Origin: Cyanophora paradoxa CCMP329 | Taxonomy: Eukaryota; Plantae; Glaucophyta | Length of the DNA stretch: 64,000 nt | Assembly: GCA_004431415.1 (NCBI GenBank) | Contig: QPMI01000428.1 | Location: 440,514-504,513, forward strand | Direction: 5' to 3' | In this document: piece after piece, positions 51,707-62,872 of the stretch | Layout: each line of letters begins with the position of its first letter | Numbering within the stretch: the first letter of the stretch is position 1 | Translations under genes and position numbers: made by a program | Notes under the pieces: generated by a model | The model's input: the letters and a program-made list of their open reading frames with translations, nothing else | Told to the model about the DNA's origin: nothing | Database searches by the model: none

Positions 51707-52770
51707 TTATGTAGCACTTACCAGGTAAACCAACAAGATGTGATTGCTTGGAAAGTCAATACTACCTAACATACAGTAAATTTGAAGACTGTCTCCCATG
51801 GTGAGGGTAATAAGAGCTTCGTAGCACATCTGATTCCTGCTTGATTGACTTGCATATGAAAGAATCTGATTTGTATTGTTTCCGTTTATTCTTAGTCCAA
51901 TCTGGGTCAAGGAGGCAGTTGCAGTATTGTCTTCCGTAATTGTAAAATAGACCCTATAAACTCCTGAAACAGGGCTGTAAATGTTGCTGGATACAGTTTG
52001 TCAAAATGACCCTCATTATTCACAAGATATGTTCCAACTGGAAAAGGAAGTGTTGGGGTGCCGGAACTAACACTTGTTCCAAAAATCTGAGCGTTTGCTT
52101 GTTGTCCTGAAATACACATTCTTGGGCAATAGCTGCGTTTAAGACCACTGTTTGTTGGAAATGTGATTGCTTTCAGATCTGTTATTGTCTTTTCGAGAGT
52201 GAAAATGATATCTCCGTTTCGTTTATAATTCACATTTGCATCTGTCCCATTATCCATCTCAGGTGCATTAACTCTTGTAGTAGCTATTCGAGTAACATAG
52301 TTAACATCTCCTGAGAGACCACCATTAAAGGTCATCAATCCTGTGAATACACTTGTCCCACTCACATTTAATTGGTTTGCTGTAACAGTTCCTGCTACAT
52401 TTGCTCCATCTCCAATGTAGGCTCCTCCACTCTTGACTACAACAGCAGAATTATTACTTGTGTTACCAAAAGTAACTATCTGAGCTGTGGTAAATCCACC
52501 CACATTATCATATATTGCCGAGTCTGAAACCACTTGACCTGCTTGAACTTGATTTTTATTCGAGATTATAATTCCTGTGGTTCTTATCTTGCCTCCATTG
52601 CGATCACATCGAATCTCTTTGACTCTGAGTATATTATTCTCTGTGAAAGAGGTATTACTTGAAGTTTCAGTGCAAATAAACCCGGGTGTAGAATCAACTA
52701 CTTCATGAGAGGTGCTGTGTAGTGATTTTGCTGCAAGTTCATAGTTTGGGATTTCTAATAGAGAGGTCAT
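51707..52770 (-). CDS. Viral fibre protein with C1q-like head (paralog B), one apparent frameshift
   Basis: N-terminal ~140 aa closely match paralog A (TPGFICTET, KEIRCDRN, SDSAIYD.VGGFTT, SGGAYIGDGA). Adding one base in the GGG run at ~51973 restores FTAPVSGVYRVYF and joins ORF 51707-51910. Confidence 0.75.
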
Positions 52771-52789
52771 CTTTATATTAATCAAATAG

Positions 52790-54355
52790 TTAAATTGCGA
52801 CAGCAGTGTAATGAATTGTAACTGGAAATCCTGGTCTGTCAAAAGAACTTAATGGAACTATGTCAAGCTCACAAGTGAAATAGCTACTGTAAACTTGTTT
52901 AAGCCTTACATACATGCGGTAGTAGTAGGCTGTCTCATTGTGTTGTATACCGGTTGTTACAATAGGAGGGTTAGCAAAGCTGCTGTTGAAATTAATAGTG
53001 AGGTTAAACCTATGGTCAGGGTTTGCCCAAAGATAAGGAGTAGTGTAAACATACGTTCCTGCTTGAATTTTCCCATTAAAATATGCATTGAGTTGACTGG
53101 AAAGATCTGCTTCTGTAATGCATCTACTGATAGTCTGATTATTTGAAGGGTTCATAGCATAGAAATTCCTTGCATAGGCATTCCCTCTCACAAGTAAGGT
53201 TTTATCAAAGTAATTCTGCGAATTGTGGAAGAACCATGTTTCTTCAAACATAGGTCCTGCTGGTTCTACAATCTGACCTGATCCTACATACATTGTGTTG
53301 TTGGCTCTTATAGTGGTAGCTGTGAATGGATCCAGAGTAGGTCGATCTGTAATATCTCCCCAAAGGTGGGTGTGTGCGAAATCTGTAATTTGGGATTTTG
53401 TATGAGTATGAGCAAAGTCTGTAATTTCACCTTTGGTGTGAGTGTGAGCAAAATCTGTAATCTCACTCTTGACATGAGTGTGTGCAAAATCTGTTATCTC
53501 ACTCTTGACATGAGTGTGTGCAAAATCTGTAATCTGTGATTTTGTGTGAGTGTGCGCGAAATCTGTGATTTCCGATTTAAAATGAGTGTGAGCGAAATTA
53601 GTAATATCTGCTCGGGTATGGGTGTGTGCAAAATCTGTTATTTGGGATCTGGTGTGAGTGTGTGCAAAATCTGTGATTTCTGCCTTTGTGTGGGTGTGTG
53701 ATCTATTATTAAGGTCGAGGAAACTCCCCGAAAATGCAACAGGGTGTAGATTAGCTGCGGTGGGTTTGTTTATGAGATCATTATAGTCTCCTGAGAACGA
53801 AACCGTTTTCAGTTCACCCCTTCCTACATAATCAGAAGGGAGGTCAATTTTTATGGGCATTATAGCTGGATCATCTGGGATCACATACTCTCCACCTGTG
53901 TGAACCACAGGGTATCTTCGAATATACATATTGGATGCACCCATGAGAGGTGCTACAATGGGCACATCCGAATTAACGAGATTGCAAGTGATGGAGAAAA
54001 TGGTTTTGGGGGCATACAGATTGCAATCAAAGGTCACAGTGGCGGGATCAATAGTAGGATCTACATTTGAACAGATCTGAAACATCCACCCACCCACACA
54101 GTTGCAATTTAAATTGCGAAAGGCTGTGCCTGCCATTGCATCCACATAGCCTATTCCACTTGCAATGTCATAGATGTGCCCAAACTCATAACCAAAAATG
54201 TCATTCCACAGGTTGGAAGCCATAGCTCCCATCACATACCCTTTCAAATTTACAAGTAGGTCATTGGATTCACTGGGTATATTGCTATGGGTTATGTAAA
54301 ATTGATTATTCAACACAGCATTCCTAATTGTCGTCTCTACTATGGGCTCCGTCAT
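52790..54355 (-). CDS. Phage-type tail-fibre protein with HxH repeats and a C-terminal H-type-lectin/gp53-like domain
   Basis: Intact 521-aa ORF with SGDYNDLINKP and SGSFLDLNNR fibre motifs, ten AHTHxKxxITDF-type repeats, and C-terminus INFNSSFANPPIV...YFT...IHYTAVA. Confidence 0.8.
   Translation of the reverse strand: MTEPIVETTIRNAVLNNQFYITHSNIPSESNDLLVNLKGYVMGAMASNLWNDIFGYEFGHIYDIASGIGYVDAMAGTAFRNLNCNCVGGWMFQICSNVDPTIDPATVTFDCNLYAPKTIFSITCNLVNSDVPIVAPLMGASNMYIRRYPVVHTGGEYVIPDDPAIMPIKIDLPSDYVGRGELKTVSFSGDYNDLINKPTAANLHPVAFSGSFLDLNNRSHTHTKAEITDFAHTHTRSQITDFAHTHTRADITNFAHTHFKSEITDFAHTHTKSQITDFAHTHVKSEITDFAHTHVKSEITDFAHTHTKGEITDFAHTHTKSQITDFAHTHLWGDITDRPTLDPFTATTIRANNTMYVGSGQIVEPAGPMFEETWFFHNSQNYFDKTLLVRGNAYARNFYAMNPSNNQTISRCITEADLSSQLNAYFNGKIQAGTYVYTTPYLWANPDHRFNLTINFNSSFANPPIVTTGIQHNETAYYYRMYVRLKQVYSSYFTCELDIVPLSSFDRPGFPVTIHYTAVAI
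53345..53702 (-). repeat. Ten degenerate 36-bp coding repeats (12-aa AHTHTKSQITDF)
   Basis: Visible in the translation and as recurring GTGTG[T/A/C]GC[A/G]AAATCTGT on the + strand. Confidence 0.92.
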
Positions 54356-54393
54356 TATATATCTATTATTGCATACTACAAAAATTAAGGTTG

Positions 54394-57300
54394 TTACATA
54401 ACGTTTGGAACATGTTCATATATTCTTCCTTCTCGCTGTGCCATTTCCGCCATAAAGTCTGCATTATCTTTTATTATTGATTCAGCCATTCGTTGTGCTC
54501 GTGATTTTTTGGGTGCTGCCCTACTTGCTGGTGGTTGATCAGTTCTCACAACACTTAGACCATGCCCCTCGGCTGACCTCACCTCTAAGCCCACATCTCC
54601 TTCGGCTGTTTGGGTCACATTCAGCTCAGGTGTGGAGTATTTATTACCTGCTCCTGCAATGGTTCTGTCTATGCAAGCACAACATAAAGCTCGGAATTTG
54701 TATGCAAGCACAAGCCCAAGAGCACCGAGAATCGGTAAGAGAATCATAAGCACTAACGTTCCTGGATCAGTTCCCGGTGCTCCGACTGGATTAGTAGGAT
54801 TTGTGGGATTATTAGGTGTTGTAGGATCAGTGGTAGGTGGGGTCTGTGGGTCTGACTCATCAGGAGGCAAGTTAGGATCTGAATCTGGGGCGGTTCCGTC
54901 GACCCTGCTAATGAGGTCGGCGCTGTGTATGCATTTGCAAACACGATGGGAGCCGTCGCTGGATTTCCTGTGGAGGATCCTGAGATTGCACCATAGGTAT
55001 CTGACAGATATTTATACAATTCCTGTGTCACAGGCGGATTACTCACAGATCGACACACCCAAATATTGCATGTGGTATCATAGACTGTGTCCCTGATAAA
55101 GGGCGGTAGAGCCGTCCCACTGAATGACTCAAAGAGTCCATTTCGCGATAGCAACCTATGTCCTGTATCACAATTCCCACCCTCAAAGTACTTCGAAGCC
55201 GAAATCGCACCTTGCACATAAATATTGCATGTCGAATGCAATCCAATGTTATTTAGGTTAGGAGTGTATCTGTCATCAAGCCGGACAGTGCACACCCATG
55301 GGGAAGCGGTTTTTATATATTTCTTATCGCCTGCTGTGATCACATCAGTGTTTGGGTGGCTGTCAATTTGGGTAGCAATAGACTCATATTTGTAAGAGTA
55401 ATAAACTAAGAGACCATCTGTGGAGGATGTAAAATAAAAGAAGTCTCTCATGAAGTCTGTGGATCCAAAGAAGTCAGCATTGGTCGATGTTAGGGTGACT
55501 CTGGGATAGCTCATGTTGACAGTCTCAGAAGGATATGGAATATAAGAGGTGTAATAGCGATTTAACAGATAATAGTAAAATCCATCTGAGACATTCGAGT
55601 GAGTGGGCAAGGTCACTGTTAAGGTCTTACTGCGATCCTCAAACGTTTTATGTATGACAATATTGCAAGTATTAATGTATCGAGAATCGAAAAAGTAATT
55701 ATTCGTCACTCGATTATCGATCAGAGTCGCATTGGTTCCATTAAACACGAAATTCTGCCCATTAATTCTCGTAGTATGAATGTCGGTCACATCGAGAGGA
55801 TACCTTATTTTTAATCGATCTTCGGAGTCAAACCGAGGTATAGTTCCTGTTGCCTTCCAACTAATAGTAAAGGGAGGAGAAAGGGACACTGCTGGGATAA
55901 CGGAAAGATTGAATTTCGCGAAGTACAATCCAACAGGATACCCTGACAGAGCATATGTGACAGTGGCATTTCCAACAAGTGTAAAGCCGGTTGTTGTAAT
56001 GTTAGTTGCAAGAAATGGGGAGTAGCCTGCGGGTGCATTTTGAAGTGAGGTAGATGACCCATCATTGACGACATACAAGTTGGTGTCTGTTATTTCAATT
56101 GTAGGAGGGGAGACAAATGGAGACTCAAATGTGAAATTAAAACTCGCTGGAACCCCTGCAAGATATCTATATGAGACCGATCCTATTTCAGATGCCTGGA
56201 ATACTTTGCTTCCACTCCGCACTACATTACTTGTGTCTTTCACATTGTGGTATGATATGCTGGGAGTCGGGGAGAGCACCAACGAAATAGCATCTGGTAA
56301 ATCAGACTTTGTTATATACAGCTCTTTAAGATACTCCTTTCTAAAAGGCGCGGTCAGATCTCCAATAGTAGCCGATGAACCTGCGACTACAATATTACAG
56401 GTGTTTGCACTCAAAGAATAAACTGTGTTCCACCTTAAAGAGTTCGCGCCAAGATCGAAATTCTGTGAGAAGGGCACGATATTGCTACCTTGTAAATCTC
56501 GGTAAACCTTTACTCTGGGTTCGCTATCGAATTCAGGGGTGATATAATTGATGGTAAGAGTGAAACTTATAGTAGCTTCGGAAGTCAATAAGTTGTTTCG
56601 GATGATAAGTAAATTGTATGTCTCGTTAATGACAAACGAAATCTGAAACCCTGTGGAGGTGACATTTTGAATAAATGCTTTATTCGATTCATTATTGTTA
56701 GTGATAGGATTATAATAAGTAGTGTGATCCACCAATGAAACAGTGGGTATAGTCGTCTCGAAACCTGTGACACCCAACTGATCCCAAGTGAATGTAAATG
56801 TAGGTTTGCCTACATAAGCGACAAAGACCCCATTTGCAATCTGCTGAGGGTATCCTTCGACAGTGTAGGTCTCAGTTTGCGAAACTGAGCGGGAAAGGTT
56901 GCTATTAAAGTCAGTGTAGCTGATCAGTGCATTATCATTGGTGAGAATCTGATTGGGTCGGAGTGAGTGATTAAATGGAAGGATTAAATTGGAGGCAAAC
57001 ATGGAAACTCCATGCAACTCTGACCATCTCAGATTCGAGAGACCAATTCGGTATGTGTTGTCAGTCGCGGGGTAAATGTTCCTTTTCGATAAAATATGGG
57101 CTAAGGTAATTGCAAGCGCTCCATCTGCTGCAAACAGAGCATTAATTTCGGATTGCAAAGCCGCGATTTCAGTAGTGTGGGTCGTGAGGGTTCCATCCTG
57201 ACTTGAATCTTTGGTGTTCTTGCTCCTCTCGAACTCCAAAAACGCCTTTACGATGTCCTTGCCTAAAAGATCGTTTATATTGTCTCTGGTAATGTAAACA

Positions 57301-58105
57301 TGATCTGTTCTCAGTGCTGTTTCTCTGTGGTAAAAGCCGGAATCTCCTCTGCAAATGATATAGTCGTTTTATCAAGTGCTAAGGATCTCACATTCGGAGC
57401 ATTGGCGCCAATTATATCCACAACGTTCCCATTTTCGACAATTTCTAAGGTCGGTTTCGCGGGGTCTAATGTGAAAACACCCTCTGTTATCTGGGGAACC
57501 GATTCGCTCTTCTGAATCACAAAGGATTCGATGTTTAGGTTACAGGTTGCGACATTGGTGGCGAAAAACGACTCGGAGTTAAGCGAGTTTACGTTAAGAG
57601 TATTTGTAGATATGTTACTTGCTGTAATATTACTCGTCGTTAGATTACCTGCTGAGAGATCATGAACGACCTCTACCTTTGTTTTCCGTGTGGATACTCC
57701 CGCTATAAGTGTGCTATTATCCACGATTCGCATAGCTGCATTTTGGAAACCGCTCTCATCTTGAATGAAGAAGTTTAAGCGACCTCTATCGAATGCTTTT
57801 GGGATGTTCCTACGATTATATCGCACCGTTTTCGGTAGCTGGCGGGTTGCCTGAATGCTGGCGACTCTGTTTCGTTCGTTATCATCAAGTAAAAAGTCGA
57901 TTCCAAGTTTATGATCCCCTTTCTCGACGTTCATTAACTGCAAAGCTGCGGGTCTGCTCGGTGTTCCACTGACTGGATCTTCGCGGTCTGCATTGTAATT
58001 TATTCTCAGAGACCCGCGAATTTCAGTGTTTACCTGATCAGTGTCCTCTATCTGAGTGGTCGAATTAATAACTCGTGCGTCTGGTCGCGGATTCAGGAAC
58101 GACAT
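54394..58105 (-). CDS. Large (~1,240 aa) fibre-like viral protein with a C-terminal transmembrane helix, two apparent frameshifts
   Basis: Three ORF-track pieces join if one base is added at ~57321 (GAGAAA[A]CA gives EKTALRTDHVY...LEFERSK) and at ~54888 (gives EPPPDSDPNLPPDE). Contains fibre motifs YPATDNTYRIGLSNLRW and PFSQNFDLGANSLRW, lectin/gp53-like segments, a P/T/N/D linker and TM LVLMILLPILGALGLVLAY followed by KFR and CCAC. Confidence 0.65.
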
Positions 58106-58148
58106 CCTCTTTATAAACAAAGAAGATATATAAGAAGTATATAAGATA

Positions 58149-59641
58149 ATGAAGACCGTCCTCGCTTTGAGTGGTGGAGGGTCGCGTGGAATAATCGAGG
58201 CTGCTATACTGGCACAGATTGAAGCCCAAACCGGTAAACGAATCCAACAGCTATTCGACTGCTTTGCGGGAACATCCACAGGTGGATTAATCGCGCTCCT
58301 ATTGAATATCAAGGGAACCGATGGCGCCCCTAAATATACTGCCACTGATATTCTGGCGCTCTACAAAGCGAAGCTGCCGCTGATTTTCGCGAATCCACGA
58401 GTGCTTACATCGATTGTACAGCGCCCAAAGTACGAAGCAACTAACTTAGAAGCTGTGGCTCTGGAACTCTGCGGCTCAGCGACTATGGCGGATCTCTATA
58501 AACCCACCATCGTGACTGCGTTCGACACGGTCTTAATGTCCCCCGTTTTTATTTCAAGCAACGATGAAGATATTAATGGGATGCTTGTGCGCGATGCTGC
58601 AAGGGCTACCTCAGCTGCGCCCACCTATTTCGAGCCGAAACAAGTCACAGTCGCCGGAAGAACATACTGTTTAATTGATGGTTGCATGAGTGGAAATAAT
58701 TCGCCCGGGGTTTGCGGCTACACATTCGCCCGCACTTTATTCGGAAACTCTTGCGAGGAGGAGCTTATAGTGGTCTCGATTACGGCGGGTCACGTCCAAG
58801 ACTCTGATAAGGCGACATCTGGATATTCGTACGACGCTATTAAGAATTGGGGGATCGTGCAATGGATGCTAAGCGCCACAGGATCGCCAATTCTCAGCAT
58901 GTTCTTAGAGTCGAGTGATCTAAACGCCCACGTAAAGCTGCTGGAACTTTTACCAAGAAACGATGATCAGAATTACGATCGCTACTATAAGCTGAGTGTG
59001 CCTTTACCGAAAGATAAAATGACCCTCGATACTATCACAACGAGTCACCTGCAATATTTGGAAACGGAAGCGCTCGCGTTTGTTTCCGCACAGCAAACGT
59101 ATTTTAATGCGATGTATTCAGTGCTGACGATGAATATATCAGAGGGAGACGTTCCCATTATTAATCTGTCCGGGTGCACAGATGTAAGCGCACCCCCGGA
59201 GTCTAACTGGGTGCCGCTCGATAATAGCGCCTTTATTGCGGAATTTGGCACAGCTTCTGATGCCCGCTGGTCAAATGCTACGGGGTGGGTGGGATTTACC
59301 AACCGCCGCAAGGTAGTAGGTCGGGAGGCAATTATTTACGCATTGATTTTCCGCGTCTGTTTATGCTTTCCTCTATAAAAATGAAGCCGGCTGCGAATGG
59401 AAACTACATTAAAACGTTTGAAATCGATTACCAATTAACTCCGGGAGTTTCGGCGCTTGTCACATACACAGAAGCCGGCGCGACGAGAGTGTTTACCAAT
59501 GCAAATCAAATAGCCGGAAGTGTAGAGCCCGACGAACATTTCTTAGCGAACCCGAGATCTGTGAGAACCCTCGTAATCTGGGTGCTCACGACGAACGTAG
59601 CTTCGGCATGCCGAATTGATTTCGAGGGCTACTACGTGTGA
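58149..59641 (+). CDS. Patatin-like phospholipase fused to an F5/8 type C (discoidin) domain, one apparent frameshift
   Basis: LSGGGSRG, FAGTSTGG (GxSxG), ATSAAPTYF and IDGC (DGG variant). Adding one C at ~59303 continues into NYLRIDF...YIKTFEIDY...RVF...RIDFEG, a discoidin pattern. Confidence 0.82.
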
Positions 59642-59676
59642 CTTCCTTCGGTCGTTGCGCGCTGACGAGACAGCGC

Positions 59677-60520
59677 TTAATCCGTGATCACTTCGAGCTG
59701 GAACGAGAATGAGAGACCGTTTATATCCGCAACAGAGCCCGCCATTTTCGAAGCGATATTGTGAGACGATCTAAATCGAGTTGCGATGTGACATTTACGA
59801 AAGGGATGCTTGCGCTCGGTTCGTGGTAAAAGGAATATCTACCAAAGTCCGAGTTCATCTGAATTCGCAATAGATAGGAGTCGTCGACATTGTTCTGTCT
59901 ACCTGTAACCGCTGCGAATTTGGTAAACGGGCGGAGCTCTTCGATATCAAGGTAAATATATGGAATTGCATTAAAGTCGACCATTTTCGGGCATATAATC
60001 GCGTAGCGACTGGGGTAATCTCTGAGTGGAACCGGCACTGGTTCTGGTGTGCTGGCGTAAACCACTCCGGGTTCTATGCCGAGACAGTCACAGAACTCCT
60101 GGTCTGATGACTCTAATGTAAAAGGGCTATTCGGAGATGAGAAAACGAAGCGGTTTGTGGACAGAGCGAGAGAATAGGAAACCGGGAAGAGACCGAGAGG
60201 ATTAAAAGAACCGCCTGAAAAACCGAGTAAAGCATCACTGTTTAAAGCTCTCTCTTTCGGATATCGTTCGTTATCAGCATCGACGTAATAATAATCGTTT
60301 ACGCTGGGAATCGGCGCCATCACTTGGATGCTGGTATGACTGAGGGCGTCTCATTCAGAAGCTTTATAGTGATTGTCTGATTGGGTGGAACAACGTAAGA
60401 GCTATTGGGAATCTCAGCGGATAGCACACGAAATCGTCGTACATTATTAAGGCGCGTTTTCAAGTGCAGCACGCCGTTTTCAAGGTCTCTACTGTCGCAA
60501 TTTATTGTTATTCTTTTCAT
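59677..60520 (-). CDS. Minor capsid (penton)-like protein 1, apparent frameshifts
   Basis: INCDSRD, LNNVRRFRVLSAEIPNS, YIYLDIEEL, LDRLTISLR and, after a frameshift, G..ADINGLSFSFQLE, which follow the single-jelly-roll penton pattern of PLVs and NCLDVs. Confidence 0.7.
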
Positions 60521-60536
60521 AATCTATTATAGTAAG

Positions 60537-61460
60537 ATGAAAGAATACCTGAGCTTTTCGAGCGATGATCGCGATGAGGAGTTTACTCAGCCAAACCAGT
60601 ATGTAGTGACATTACCCCGTCGCTATGACAACGTAAAATCGGTGCGCCTGGTGCAGGCAACGGTTCCAATGTTCTTTCGACCGTGACAAACGATATAGAC
60701 GCGACTGGTGCAACCATCGAGCGCATGGAACTCTATTTCTCGTCACAGCTTCGGATTCCGGATTCGTGACCATCACAATCCCCAAAGGATTTTACACCAA
60801 AGACGACCTTGCCGCAAAAGTCACAGAAAGACTCGAAGCAGCTCGCCTTTCAGATTTCGGTGGAAAATATATTAAATGCCGCTATAATACTACTTCAAAG
60901 ATCTATGAGTTTTTCAGTGATAGTAACTTTTGGTTCAAGTTCTCCAAAGCTTCCCCTGAAACACTCAGAAAATCCAGTAATCGCAAAGCAATCGCTAAGA
61001 AACTCGCAATATTCGGTTTCAAAGATATTCAGCTATATGTTTACGAGACATTTACCCCTTTTGCAAGCGATACATTCCTTGTGTTTAATCCTGGGACGGG
61101 AACTGTGACACTCAATCGACGCATTCGCGGCTATACTCGTGGAGATGAGACCCCGGCGGCGATGATCTGGCTATATATTGATGAATTTGCGCCGTTTATT
61201 CGCTCAGTCAACAAGCACGTCGATGGTTATTTCATGCGCATTCCAATCCCACAGGAACTCGAACATGGTGATATCTACCACTTCGACACGTCCACTACGG
61301 TGCCTCTCATTCGTGAATTCGCGAATTAAAATCTTTCGACCGCCTCACGATTAAACTCATCGACCATGATGGCGCTCTCTTAGATTTCGGGGTTTGGGCG
61401 CATTATTTCACTTTTGAAATCGAAACCTACGACGCACCGCCCGAAATGAATTTCTATTGA
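60537..61460 (+). CDS. Minor capsid (penton)-like protein 2, apparent frameshifts
   Basis: FSSDDRD...PNQYVVTLPRRYDNVKSVRLVQATVP, ITIPKGFYT, IWLYIDEF and FDRLTIKLIDHDGALLDF...YFTFEIE. TGA at 61460. Confidence 0.72.
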
Positions 61461-61506
61461 GCCCTGTAAATTATTTTCTGATCCAAAGATAAGAGAAGAA
61501 ACGCTC

Positions 61507-62815
61507 ATGGAGACTAACAGCCAATTCCAGCGCCCAACGCTGAAATCTATGCTCACCACCGATGACTACAAGGATTATTTCCTAAACAAGTCGCTGGTCA
61601 TTGGAACGTCCTCTGGCACTAAGCCACTTCGAGTTCTGGTCGCCCCGACACTGAGCCACCCAGCGCTCTCGGCAACCGAGTTGTCTTCAAAATCCCCCGC
61701 TACCATTTCCTGAATGGTCTCGCGCTGCAACTCGATCTTAACCGATCACCCTCACTGATCTCACGAATGGTGTCGCTGGAACTACTGGCTACCTTCGCGT
61801 TATTGGATCGCTAATTAAGCGCATTGAAATCTCTCACGCTTCATTCCGCTATGTTGTCCCAGAGGATTTCGTCACCCAGTATTTTCTACTGATGACCGAA
61901 CAGGGCGAACTCGATAAGAAACTTCGCTATGTGGGTGGTCTTGTCGGAACCGCTGGTAACACTGTCGGTGGAACCTACGAAATCGATTTACCTCTCCTTT
62001 CGAGAAGGCGATGTTCCCACTTTGCGCTCTGAACTCTGAGATCGTGGTCGAAATCGAATTCAAGGCGATTGGTGATGGTATCATTGAGGATGTAAACAAT
62101 GTTGGCAATATTTCGGTCGTAAACAGTGGTGCTTCCTTCAAGTGCTGAAACCCCGCATTATCTGCAAGGTCGTAAATGCCGATGAGGCGGTTGTATCTGA
62201 GACCATTGCCCGTGTTAAATCGACTGGTATCGCGATCCCCTACAACGAAATCGGTTTCCTACACACAGATTTCCAGCCGACCGCCTCCGGTTCGCGAGTC
62301 AATCTCTCGCAACTCACAGGTGCGGGTCTCATCCACACTCTCGTATTCTCTGTGCGCCAAAACGCGAAGACGAAGGTGAACAACGGAACTCTCTCGGTTC
62401 TGGCTCCTCGTGCACTCCGAACCAACGCTGTGAACTTCTATGTGGAACTCAACAATAACCGCCTTTACTCGAATACTTCGCTTCCTCTCATGATTGCCGC
62501 GACCGAACTTCAAGATAAATATAATTCGGCGATCTTTACCGAGAGCACAAGCTACCCGCTCTCACTGGCATTTACTTCGGTGCTGGAAACGGAAAGGCGT
62601 CGCTTCTCAACCAAGAGAACACGGGCTACATCGATGCCACAGGCACATCGGCGTTCGATCTGGTCTTCGAATTCAATGGTGTCACAGCCGGTGGAGTCGG
62701 TAATGAGGAGTGGTATGCGGGCTCCGCGTATCAGAAGATGCAAATTCAGTGCATTGCCCTCGCTCATAACATAATGATAATTTCCGCCGACGGAATCCGA
62801 AGAGTATCAGCATGA
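61507..62815 (+). CDS. Major capsid protein (double jelly-roll, PLV-type), ~435 aa, several apparent frameshifts
   Basis: Reconstructed reading includes VVFKIPRYHFLNGLAL, SLIKRIEI, MFPLCALNSEIVVEIEF, GIAIPY, IHTLVFSVR and HNIMIISADG. Size and position between penton and ATPase fit a capsid gene. Confidence 0.7.
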
Positions 62816-62872
62816 GGAATTCGTGCGATTACCACATTCAGTCTTATTTTTCTATTGTTTTATAGTGAAAGA

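Noticed and set aside
50665-54355. Diversity-generating retroelement acting on the fibre tips
   Set aside because: No reverse transcriptase and no template/variable repeat pair with adenine-specific differences. Paralog similarity is at the N-terminus, not the tip.
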